IMG/VR virus record: IMGVR_UViG_3300045988_127072
Coordinates: 1-55,096 of that record
DNA: 55,096 nt
DNA from: a virus
Reading direction: 5' to 3' (one strand)
Shown here piece by piece: positions 1-8,471 of the stretch; within the stretch, counting starts at the first letter, position 1, and every line of letters begins with the position of its first letter. Under the pieces are notes generated by a model. The model did no database searches and was not told the origin of the DNA. It saw nothing but the letters and a program-made list of their open reading frames with translations. The position numbers and the translations under genes are program-made.

Positions 1-38
1 CTTGAAAAATATAGCGGTTTATTCAGATATTTATTACC
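1..38. repeat. terminal overlap identical to 55059..55096 (circular closure or terminal redundancy)
   Basis: cttgaaaaatatagcggtttattcagatatttattacc is present at both window ends, 38/38 identical. Confidence 0.95.
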
Positions 39-73
39 TTTGCACTGCACATGGCGTTGTGCATATCAGGATC

Positions 74-110
74 GGGTGGAACCGGCTTGTACCGGACCAC
101 CCGTTTTTTT
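74..110 (+). terminator. rho-independent terminator, plus-strand orientation
   Basis: GGGTGG aaCCGGcttgtaCCGGa CCACCC hairpin followed by g+TTTTTTT. The T-run is on the plus strand only. It lies 69 nt downstream of the cassette D stop when read across the circular junction. Confidence 0.7.
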
Positions 111-125
111 ATACCCAAGATACGG

Positions 126-142
126 TTCGCCAATCCCCCCAG
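126..142 (-). repeat. putative recombination crossover site s3 (CTGGGGGGATTGGCGAA on minus strand)
   Basis: Shares the core CTGGGGGGA-T with s1, s2 and s4. Lies 2 codons past the stop of 149..709, in the same codon phase and same orientation as s4. Confidence 0.5.
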
Positions 143-148
143 AGGGAA

Positions 149-709
149 TTAGGTAATATTTACTCCTTTAATAAGTAACCATTCTTCCCATGTTTTTCCT
201 AAGTTATATGATTTTCTCACATAAATATTTTCGGTACCATCCGATATGTAAATTTGAGCGGCACCAAATGATTTTGAACATAGGACAACTAGTACACCAT
301 ATTTATAAGCATATAAAGGCCATGTTCCCTGAACACTTTCATTCGTATTATAGATGCCATTAATGTTTGTATCAAGAGAAGCTGGATTATTATATCCTCT
401 TAAAAATCCCAAAGAATCCGGCAGAAGTCCCCCCAGTTTTGATGCAAGTGACTGCATCGTCATTTGTGCGGCATCTCCGCTACTTTGTAAAACCCTTACA
501 TTTGCGGCATCTGTCACAGTCGGAAGTTCATTTTCATACACGTCATTTCCTGTTGCAGCAGCGGCAGCAAATGTTGAAGTTTCTGACAAAGCCATAACCA
601 TTCTTGTGGAAACCATGTCCACCATCTCATCCACTGTTACATTCTGTTCGTTACCGTCTTTATCAACAGCCTTAAAACCAACAATATTGTCTAAATTCAA
701 ATCACTCAT
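149..709 (-). CDS. tail-fibre tip / receptor-binding protein, currently expressed form (constant N-terminus + C-terminal cassette A)
   Basis: 186-aa ORF, last gene of the minus-strand tail module. Residues 92-95 (LGGL) are encoded by site s4. The C-terminal ...SYNLGKTWEEW... tip motif is echoed in the plus-strand cassettes. Confidence 0.7.
   Translation of the reverse strand: MSDLNLDNIVGFKAVDKDGNEQNVTVDEMVDMVSTRMVMALSETSTFAAAAATGNDVYENELPTVTDAANVRVLQSSGDAAQMTMQSLASKLGGLLPDSLGFLRGYNNPASLDTNINGIYNTNESVQGTWPLYAYKYGVLVVLCSKSFGAAQIYISDGTENIYVRKSYNLGKTWEEWLLIKGVNIT
420..436 (-). repeat. putative recombination crossover site s4 inside the tip gene (CTGGGGGGACTTCTGCC on minus strand)
   Basis: The 11-nt core CTGGGGGGACT is identical to s1 (54343..54353) but inverted. 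CTG is codon 92 of 149..709, in phase 0. Confidence 0.65.
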
Positions 710-722
710 AATATCCTAATTT

Positions 723-1223
723 TTATAAAGTTCTAATATAATTTTTCCACACTTTTGAAGTGCCGCCAACCGATTTGTACAGCTTCTTCCTGCCACCTTT
801 TATCTTGTACCGGGAAAGATTGTTCCTGTCATAGTTAACGGGGTAATCCGGATTGTCTTCGTTGGCATACGCCTCCATTTCGTATGAGATGGTATAATAC
901 GCCGAACTCGCAGGATGGCAGATAGGGTTTCCCTTGATCCACTCGACAAAATACCGCCAGTAGTATTTTACCCATGAGCCGACAGCCTGTGCCTGACGCA
1001 AGTGTATGGTTTCGTGAGTCATACTCTCCTTACCCGCATAGGTCTGCATGTACTTCTCTATGTTCTCTTTGTTCTCAATATGGTAGATCATCCGTCCGCA
1101 CCACATCATGAAACGGTATCCCTTGAAAGGATAATGCTTCATGGCAAGCAGCTCAGGAGTGTCAAAATCACCCGGCTTGCTTGAGAACAGCATCTTGATT
1201 AATTGCCATAATTCTTTCATCAT
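723..1223 (-). CDS. HExxH-motif protein (putative metallopeptidase-like), tail-module accessory
   Basis: The ORF track extends to 1271; I prefer the ATG at 1223, which forms an ATGA overlap with the upstream stop. Contains HETIH (HExxH) followed by EMEAY. Confidence 0.6.
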   Translation of the reverse strand: MMKELWQLIKMLFSSKPGDFDTPELLAMKHYPFKGYRFMMWCGRMIYHIENKENIEKYMQTYAGKESMTHETIHLRQAQAVGSWVKYYWRYFVEWIKGNPICHPASSAYYTISYEMEAYANEDNPDYPVNYDRNNLSRYKIKGGRKKLYKSVGGTSKVWKNYIRTL

Positions 1224-1444
1224 AGCGTTTCTATTTCGTATTCTAGTTTTGTAATATGGTTGTCTATACACGTGTTCACCTCATCATTGAAGTTTGCTAT
1301 ATCCAGTTCCACACATCCGGCACTTGACCGGGCGCTGCTGTAGATACGGACATAGCCGCCGTTATTCAACGTTTCCTTCGCCAGCTTCAGTTTCGCCAGT
1401 TCGTCATTGATCCGGCTGGCGCGTTCCAAATTCTCAATTTTCAT
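1220..1444 (-). CDS. hypothetical protein (coiled-coil-like)
   Basis: ORF 1220..1477 trimmed to the internal ATG (MKIENLERAS...) to avoid a long overlap with 1434..1721. Confidence 0.55.
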   Translation of the reverse strand: MKIENLERASRINDELAKLKLAKETLNNGGYVRIYSSARSSAGCVELDIANFNDEVNTCIDNHITKLEYEIETL

Positions 1445-1721
1445 GTTGTTCCTCCTTCTTTTTATCCAGATAATCATTCAACGAATCGGCCAGCAAGCCG
1501 GACAACATAGGGGTAGAACGTCTTATGATATCCACCTCCTCTTCGTCAAGTTCCACACCATCTACAGTCGACTTGAAGATTTTCTCCGCAAGGAGATGCG
1601 CCTTCAAGCCCGCTACGTTCTTATATATCCAGTCACCGAAGGCCTCAGTGATGTTACTGGCTATAAGCTTTTCTTTTTTAATCCCGTCATAAATAGGAAA
1701 TTGTGCAAAATTTATTTTCAT
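1434..1721 (-). CDS. hypothetical protein
   Basis: 95-aa ORF in the operon, tightly packed downstream of the large fibre gene. Confidence 0.6.
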   Translation of the reverse strand: MKINFAQFPIYDGIKKEKLIASNITEAFGDWIYKNVAGLKAHLLAEKIFKSTVDGVELDEEEVDIIRRSTPMLSGLLADSLNDYLDKKKEEQHEN

Positions 1722-1735
1722 ACTTTATATTTAAA

Positions 1736-4700
1736 TTATCCGCAATAAAACATAACCCAATAATTACCCATACACTTAATGAAGCCGGATGCAAAATCCA
1801 AATCAATATAAGACATCTCCTGTCCTCCGGGAGCAGGCAGGATCCGTCCTCCTGTCAATCTTACTCCGCCGCTCATACGTTTGAAGTATATAGTATGTCC
1901 CGGAACATCCGGAGGAAGTGTCACTTCTATATTACCTGTATTAATAAACATCACATTGTCATCATTGTTATTCAGGGAGGTGCTGACGGATATGTTCCTC
2001 CAGTTGCCAACTATGCCACGAAGAGAAACATAGCTGTCATTGTTCGGATGAAGGAAAATGTTACCACCCTCCACGAATAGAGGAATGCTCGGAGTCTTGA
2101 TGTGCATTCCGATCATAGCATTTGAACTCTGTATATCAATTCCGGCATCATACTTAATCCCTTCAATAGTGACAAACTGCGTGTCTCCCCCGATTCTTAC
2201 GTTTGCAAATGTCCTTTCGTTATAAAATTCAATTTGCCCGGCAGACAGGTTGAAACCGACGTATTTATTTGTTTCATTTTCATAAAGGTTCTTTGAGGAC
2301 AATACTCCCGAAGCGATGGAGAACGGACCGATACGTCCTTTATCCGCTGTGATTGTTCCTGTAATCTCTGCATTCTTACATTTGAAATACCCGGTTACGC
2401 CATTGATAAGAAGAGTCTCACCTTCATCGTTGTGGGATTTAAGCACATTGTTTTTGAACATGAATCCGGCCACATTCGCACCATCGGCAAACAGGGTGTC
2501 AGTAGCGATATTCACAAACTTCTGCATGGCTTCCCAGTTCGAATCCCCGTTGGCTGATGTGGGTGCAGAGGTAACGGAAGCGCCGTAATTTTTTACAAGG
2601 AAATTATAATAAACTCCCCCTATCAGATATATGACCTTATCCCGGTAATCCGCATTCCAGACGTAAGTCTGTCCGGAAGCCCATACGCCTCTGTCACGGG
2701 GAAACGCCCCTGTTGCTCCTGTCGCTCCTATGGCTCCGTCTTTAGCAACCCCCACACCTTTTTCAGCGACAAAATTATTATTCCATGCGTTTGCGTCCGA
2801 CGCGGATTTATAAGCCCGGACGGCGAACTGGGTGTATCCGGCTGTTGCAGGAACGGATATCTGGCTGTTCAGGGTAGCACCTACATGCGCCAGCCAGCTT
2901 CCGTTATATTTGCGTGCGACAAGATAGAACCTGTTCGTATCGCTCACATTACCGCCTATATTCTGTTTCATGGTAACAACAAATGCTGACGGTGACGGTG
3001 TGCCTGTTGACGTGAAGTTTATCGTGCTTACCGGGCTGTCAAGCCAGTACGAAGCGGACGGTTCGACACCGGAAGTCATTTCCTGCCAGTCGGAGTTGAC
3101 AGCTTTGTCCGATCTCTTCCCGGAAAGTATGTAACCGCCATCCTTCTTCCTTAGATAACGTCCACCTCTCACACGAAGAAGCGGAAGTGGCGGATTGGAA
3201 GTCTGAACCTTGCTTAAGTAAGATCCTCCGGCAAACGATACTGTACTGTTTTTCGCATACGGAATGTTGGCGGACTCCCAATGACCTGCGGCTGTGATAC
3301 TCTCACCGTCAGCCCCGTCCTTACTCCAGCGATGCACCACGGCAGGAGTGCTGAACTCTGACCATACACCGTTTTCCTTGAAACGCTTGCAGCCCCATTC
3401 AACCTGATGATCAGCGTCCACTCCTACAAAATCATCCGTCCATCCTTCAGGTATATAATCATCCTTCTGCTGGCTGTCAGGTTTTTCGGGAGGATTATCT
3501 ATGATATTGCCTCTTGTGTATATATACTCATAGTCCTTACCGTCTTTCCCGTCCGATATCATAAGCTGCCATCTTCCGTCCTGATAGATGTAGGTGGCGC
3601 GGTCAGTTGTGTTACGGTATGAATCACCGTTTTTCGGGTTGGCTGGAGCCGTGGCAAATTCACCAAGGAAAGTGATGCTCTCGCCTTTCAGTTCACGCCC
3701 GTCAAGAAGCATGTCCCAGTCTTCGTTAACCTCCCAGTCGGCAGGTTTCCCGGCAAGATAATAACCACCGTCCTTCTTTCTTAAGAAATTGCCGCCTTTG
3801 ATACGCAATATTCTGATGGGAGGATTGGAGGTTTCCACCTTGGATATAAAGACACAGTTGGCAAGAGTGACCATTGTATTGGCACTATATGGTGTGTTGG
3901 CGGATTCCCAATGCCCACCACCGACTACAGACAAGCCCGGATCTCCTTTCTTTCCCTCAGAAACTTGTTTTAACCATGCCGAATTAGTCTCTGATGGTTC
4001 GGTTGTTGTTCCGTTATCATCAACACACAACCACAAAGCCCCGTTGTGTGACACCCGGTTATAGTAGGCGTACTTACCTGCGGTCCATTCACCTTTGTCC
4101 AACGGAACACGCACTGTCTGTCCGGTGATCTCATCCACCTGAAAGATAAGCCCGGTCATGATAATGTTTTGAAGAACGGCCGAGTAATTGTCCGCATTAA
4201 CACCAGCTACAGTCATGCCTTTTTTCTTGCCGAACCACGCAGGCATCTGCGCCGGTTCCGGGTCCCAAGTGTTGGCATTGTCAAAGAATGTAATACAGTT
4301 GTTTCCGTTGACTGAATCAATAAGTATATAAGTCTGACGTTCCGGGTCCGTAAAATTACCTGTTTGTGCCAATACCATCTGCTCGGCAGGTTTCCAGTCA
4401 GAATGCCCCGGACGGGGAATGACAGTAAACTTCTTGGCTGTATAATCTGCGGCAGTCACCCGGAATTTCATCTCTTCAAAGCCATTCAGCTTGCCTTCGC
4501 TATTCTTAGTCACAAAATAGGTGGTAAGGATATCATCAACAAACTGGCTCAATCCGTCCGCGTCCGTCAGATCGGGAGTGATGGTGTAGGTTCCATCGCC
4601 GTTATCCACGTATGACAATACGCTACAACCGCCACCGGGGGAGTTTACCATACGTCCTTTGAAATAGGTTGTACGGTTATAGGCTATTTCCGGAACAAAC

Positions 4701-5272
4701 AAACGCTTACGGAAAACGCCGCTTCCCATTTCCATGTCACCCTTTTCGTCTATGTATCCACCTGATACACCAGTAACGAAATCACCGAACTTGGCATATT
4801 TCTTAATGACAGTTCCGCCCAATAAGGATAACAAGTACTTAGTGGAATCCGCCACGTCCTTCCGCAAGAATATCTCTTTCAGCTTCTCCGCACTGTTCTC
4901 TATCTCAGTCATTACACGCAATGCGCTCATCACATCCTCATCGGTGTAGGTGACATCCTTGTCACCCTGCTTTACGATGCGGTTTATCAGATTCCCGGCT
5001 ATCTTAAGACCTTTGAGGAAGTTTATTATACCTTGCGCATCATCATCGTTCAATGCGGAAAGGAACCAGTTTTGTACAGGCGTGTCCTTATCCAGCGTGT
5101 ATGCGGAGTTGGCGTGATCGGCGTTGGTGACATCGCCCCCTCCGCCACCACTGCCGCCACCGCCGTTCTGCTTTATCTCTTCAACCTCAATGGAGATCTT
5201 GCTAAAGTTGCTGTTGATGCGGTCTGCCGTTTCGCTCCAAGTTCCTGTTTTGTTTATTGTATTAAGCTCCAT
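1736..5272 (-). CDS. large tail fibre protein
   Basis: Start set at MELNTINKTG (ATG 5272). The N-terminal 37-aa module is shared with 8125..8460, followed by a poly-Gly linker GGGGSGGGGGD. Contains an internal duplication of about 70 aa (GHWESAN...LRKKDGGY...), 3707..3916 and 3077..3286. Confidence 0.8.
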   Translation of the reverse strand: MELNTINKTGTWSETADRINSNFSKISIEVEEIKQNGGGGSGGGGGDVTNADHANSAYTLDKDTPVQNWFLSALNDDDAQGIINFLKGLKIAGNLINRIVKQGDKDVTYTDEDVMSALRVMTEIENSAEKLKEIFLRKDVADSTKYLLSLLGGTVIKKYAKFGDFVTGVSGGYIDEKGDMEMGSGVFRKRLFVPEIAYNRTTYFKGRMVNSPGGGCSVLSYVDNGDGTYTITPDLTDADGLSQFVDDILTTYFVTKNSEGKLNGFEEMKFRVTAADYTAKKFTVIPRPGHSDWKPAEQMVLAQTGNFTDPERQTYILIDSVNGNNCITFFDNANTWDPEPAQMPAWFGKKKGMTVAGVNADNYSAVLQNIIMTGLIFQVDEITGQTVRVPLDKGEWTAGKYAYYNRVSHNGALWLCVDDNGTTTEPSETNSAWLKQVSEGKKGDPGLSVVGGGHWESANTPYSANTMVTLANCVFISKVETSNPPIRILRIKGGNFLRKKDGGYYLAGKPADWEVNEDWDMLLDGRELKGESITFLGEFATAPANPKNGDSYRNTTDRATYIYQDGRWQLMISDGKDGKDYEYIYTRGNIIDNPPEKPDSQQKDDYIPEGWTDDFVGVDADHQVEWGCKRFKENGVWSEFSTPAVVHRWSKDGADGESITAAGHWESANIPYAKNSTVSFAGGSYLSKVQTSNPPLPLLRVRGGRYLRKKDGGYILSGKRSDKAVNSDWQEMTSGVEPSASYWLDSPVSTINFTSTGTPSPSAFVVTMKQNIGGNVSDTNRFYLVARKYNGSWLAHVGATLNSQISVPATAGYTQFAVRAYKSASDANAWNNNFVAEKGVGVAKDGAIGATGATGAFPRDRGVWASGQTYVWNADYRDKVIYLIGGVYYNFLVKNYGASVTSAPTSANGDSNWEAMQKFVNIATDTLFADGANVAGFMFKNNVLKSHNDEGETLLINGVTGYFKCKNAEITGTITADKGRIGPFSIASGVLSSKNLYENETNKYVGFNLSAGQIEFYNERTFANVRIGGDTQFVTIEGIKYDAGIDIQSSNAMIGMHIKTPSIPLFVEGGNIFLHPNNDSYVSLRGIVGNWRNISVSTSLNNNDDNVMFINTGNIEVTLPPDVPGHTIYFKRMSGGVRLTGGRILPAPGGQEMSYIDLDFASGFIKCMGNYWVMFYCG

Positions 5273-5397
5273 ATATCCTGTTCCACTTTTACCATTCCGC
5301 ATCCGGGTGCACTTCAACGGACAGACGGAACATTATTCTGATGATTAATTCTCGTATCATAAATATATGTTTTGAGTGTTACTGATAATTTTCCGGG

Positions 5398-7632
5398 TTA
5401 CTCTACCAGGGTTGTAATTTCAAAAGGGTTGCCTACAGCCGCTTTGACAGCGCGTATTATCAATGCAAAGTTCTCCTCATCTACAGGCGTACACAATTGT
5501 TCCTTGTAATCTCCCGTTCCTTGAGATATTCTATAGCTACAGTCTGCGATATCAAGATTGTATATTTTCGTCATAAACGACTGGAACAGAGTTGCCGCGA
5601 TGATATATCTTGTAATACCAAAATTCGCGTGTATGGAATCACGAGTAAAGTCATTCTTGTTCCTCCAGTTCGCCACGTTGTTCATAAACGGATAAGTATC
5701 AGAAACGGTAGTCAAATCGGTAATAGTTTCAGCCTCCTGAATAGTTGGGATTGCAGGTGAAGCGGAAGCATAATTTGTAGACTGTCTTAGTTGTGTGACA
5801 GTTCTTGCATTCTGAACCGCTGTTCCGGATGGAATGATGAATTTGACATCCGGGCAATTGGATATGCAGTCCTTGTAGTTTTTGGCAATATTACGCCACA
5901 TACCCAATTGTCTTTCCTTTTGGTTGTTTCCATAGCTTAACCATTTATCGTCATTTGCTCCACTTGGACCGTGTGACTCGGCGATTGTATGATAAATGCT
6001 GAACGCCCAAGTCATGTTCATACAGAATACAGGATTACTATAGAGACAGGCTTTTTTACACAAGTCGATCAATTCTTGTACTATGTTCCTTGTTATTTGT
6101 CCATCTTCTCCTTTTTCCCAAAAAGAGGATTGGTCCTCATAAGGGGATTGATAAGCCCCGTTTTGCATAACGATGAAGTCCCACGCTTCATCTGCCAACA
6201 ACCAGTCCATCAAGACTGTGTCATTTGCCGGTGCAGGTTCCCCTTCATCCGTTATATCAGAATCAGGCTCGCTGGACCATTTCCCTGTCGTACCGTTATA
6301 TTGTTCCCATGTCGTTGCCTGATATTTCCATTTATAATACGTAACTCCCTTATTTACTTGAAACCTTTTCAAAAAAACATCTAAAGTGGCTGCACCTATA
6401 TAAGCATTTCCCAAAATTACATTTTTGCCAAATGAAGCACAAATGTTACCCACTTCTCTGGCTGTATCCACACCGAAGGATGATCCGATAACAAGAACTT
6501 TCAGCGCTTCTTTATAGGACTGATCTTTATGTTCCATAGATTCCAACCTTTCATTCAAATCCTTGATATTGGCTTCGGTCTCATCCCTGTTTTTCTCAAC
6601 TTTCTGATCCAGTTCGGATATCTGACCTTTAAGCCCGGCCTGAATATAGGGAATACCATATATTTTTAAAGATTTCATCCATTGTTCCTGATTATCCTCT
6701 GTTATTGAAGCTATACCTATATGTAGTCCTAATACTGTAGCACCATCCGGTTTAAGATACCCCCTGTCCTTTCCTGATGTTCCACTTACCGTAGCAATAA
6801 TCCGGTTGCCATCAGAGCCAAAGAATTTCCATGTTCCCATGAAAATATTTGCATCTTCCGCATTTTTCAGATAAAGAAGTGTACCGTTCTCTATGCTGGA
6901 TACATCAATCCTGCTATAAGCGTTATTTGTGGCATTGGAGATAGGATTGTCTCCCAACGTATTACCCACATAAGCATGTTTGAGCGATATTTCAAGAGTA
7001 TTGCAAGGCAAATAAGGCAATTCCACACCTTCCGAAAGAGACTTGAGTTCATTTGATGTGTTATTTGCAATCTCCTTGGCCTCTTCTGCTATTTCTTTGG
7101 ATTTGTTTATTTCTGTATAGGTTTCTTGTACATAATCAATTACAGGCTTATAATACAATCCCAGAATACTATATCCGGGAACGGCATTTATCTTTTCGGT
7201 TGAAGCATGTATATACATATATTTCGCAGTACCTTGAACCTGTATTTGATACCCACTATCAGCGTATCCTGATTCAACATGATCACCTTCGGCATTTGTA
7301 AACTTAACAACCAAGCCCAAATCGGCAAGTCTGACTTGATTGTGATTGGTATCTATGACACTTATCACAAATCCAGCTGGTATATCAACGTCTAGAGCTT
7401 GTTTAAATCTTAAGTAACCTTCTGTGGAATTAGGATAAATAGATTGTCCCGTACCTACCCATTGTCCGATTTCAAAATCAGATAATTTAAAAACATATCC
7501 ATTGATTTCAACTTCTAATTCGGAAAGTTCTGCTGTAAGATTTTTGCGGCTGTTCGGATTAACCACCGCATCGGTTGTGGTTGCCGGGTAAATGGTTTGA
7601 CCACCTTTGGTCAGCTTATATATTTTTGCCAT
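5398..7632 (-). CDS. tail fibre/spike with C-terminal SGNH/GDSL-type esterase-like domain (DUF4886-like)
   Basis: 744 aa. Fibre-like N-terminus MAKIYKLTKGGQTIYPATTTDAV, a coiled-coil middle, and a C-terminal half with VIGSSFG (block I Ser), MQNGA and RDSIHAN (DxxH block V). Confidence 0.7.
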   Translation of the reverse strand: MAKIYKLTKGGQTIYPATTTDAVVNPNSRKNLTAELSELEVEINGYVFKLSDFEIGQWVGTGQSIYPNSTEGYLRFKQALDVDIPAGFVISVIDTNHNQVRLADLGLVVKFTNAEGDHVESGYADSGYQIQVQGTAKYMYIHASTEKINAVPGYSILGLYYKPVIDYVQETYTEINKSKEIAEEAKEIANNTSNELKSLSEGVELPYLPCNTLEISLKHAYVGNTLGDNPISNATNNAYSRIDVSSIENGTLLYLKNAEDANIFMGTWKFFGSDGNRIIATVSGTSGKDRGYLKPDGATVLGLHIGIASITEDNQEQWMKSLKIYGIPYIQAGLKGQISELDQKVEKNRDETEANIKDLNERLESMEHKDQSYKEALKVLVIGSSFGVDTAREVGNICASFGKNVILGNAYIGAATLDVFLKRFQVNKGVTYYKWKYQATTWEQYNGTTGKWSSEPDSDITDEGEPAPANDTVLMDWLLADEAWDFIVMQNGAYQSPYEDQSSFWEKGEDGQITRNIVQELIDLCKKACLYSNPVFCMNMTWAFSIYHTIAESHGPSGANDDKWLSYGNNQKERQLGMWRNIAKNYKDCISNCPDVKFIIPSGTAVQNARTVTQLRQSTNYASASPAIPTIQEAETITDLTTVSDTYPFMNNVANWRNKNDFTRDSIHANFGITRYIIAATLFQSFMTKIYNLDIADCSYRISQGTGDYKEQLCTPVDEENFALIIRAVKAAVGNPFEITTLVE

Positions 7633-7642
7633 AATAAATCTC

Positions 7643-8122
7643 CTATATTTCTAGATTAGTAACTGTTTCTTCTTCCTCTTCCGGTGGCAAAGGAGGTACA
7701 AAATCACTCAGCACATCTTCATATTCATTATCCGACAATGGGAACGCCTGAATTGTATTATATGCGGCATAATCGGGATAAGATGTTATTTCCACCGTGC
7801 TTTCATCGGTTTTCCCGGTAGTCAGTACGATTTCTGTATCTTCAACGGAAACAAGGTTGCAGATGCCATCCTGAAAGTCGGAATCGGATATGAAGTATTC
7901 ACGTTTTACCTTCAGCATACCAGGAGAAAAACAGGGATTGTCGAAAGCGACAAGCAGGTTGCCGTCTTCCATGCGGCTGCAACCGACATACTCATGCCCG
8001 TCAAAGGAGGCTATGAACTTTCCCTTGAACGGATTGAAGTAAGTAAACCGGAAAGGAGTATTCACATCCCCGTTCAAGTTCTTCTCTATGATCTTAAAAT
8101 CGGACTGATAATTGATTCTCAT
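7643..8122 (-). CDS. hypothetical tail-associated protein, acidic C-terminus
   Basis: 159-aa ORF between fibre genes; ends PPLPPEEEEETV. Confidence 0.6.
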   Translation of the reverse strand: MRINYQSDFKIIEKNLNGDVNTPFRFTYFNPFKGKFIASFDGHEYVGCSRMEDGNLLVAFDNPCFSPGMLKVKREYFISDSDFQDGICNLVSVEDTEIVLTTGKTDESTVEITSYPDYAAYNTIQAFPLSDNEYEDVLSDFVPPLPPEEEEETVTNLEI

Positions 8123-8124
8123 AA

Positions 8125-8460
8125 CTATATTGATGTTACATCGTCTATCTCCTCGGCTGTCAGGTAGCTGGATAAGTCAACACTTCCGCCACCTCCTGTC
8201 GTGCCAGTGGCACTCCATGTTCCCTTTGTCTTGCATTGATATATAGGGCCCGGTATGGTGTCACCCACAACAGCCCAGTCACCTACAACAGGAGATGGAA
8301 CAGCCGCTTTCAGTGATTCAAGAGTAGGGAACAACCCCTTGTTGCGGATGCCGTTCTGCTTGACTTTTTCCACTTCGGTAGAAGTCTTGCTAAAGTTGTT
8401 GTTAAGACGGTCTGCCGCCTCACTCCAAGTTCCTGTTTTGTTAATAGTATTCAGTTCCAT
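8125..8460 (-). CDS. short fibre-like protein sharing the N-terminal anchor module with 1736..5272
   Basis: MELNTINKTGTWSEAADRLNNNFSKTSTEVEKVKQNG is about 80 percent identical to the N-terminus of the 1178-aa fibre. Confidence 0.65.
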   Translation of the reverse strand: MELNTINKTGTWSEAADRLNNNFSKTSTEVEKVKQNGIRNKGLFPTLESLKAAVPSPVVGDWAVVGDTIPGPIYQCKTKGTWSATGTTGGGGSVDLSSYLTAEEIDDVTSI

Positions 8461-8471
8461 ATCACTTCACT

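Noticed and set aside
23-142. A fourth coding cassette (39 codons, LGGLANRILGIKKRVV...) following site s3
   Set aside because: The frame runs straight through the terminator hairpin at 74..110, has no tip-like motif and is very short. s3 is more plausibly just a crossover site bounding cassette A.
420-436. G6 homopolymer as a simple slipped-strand phase-variation switch explaining the repeated motif
   Set aside because: Slippage alone would not explain four copies of the same 10-11-nt core, each in codon phase 0 and three of them fronting open tip-like reading frames in inverted orientation. It is kept only as a possible secondary effect.
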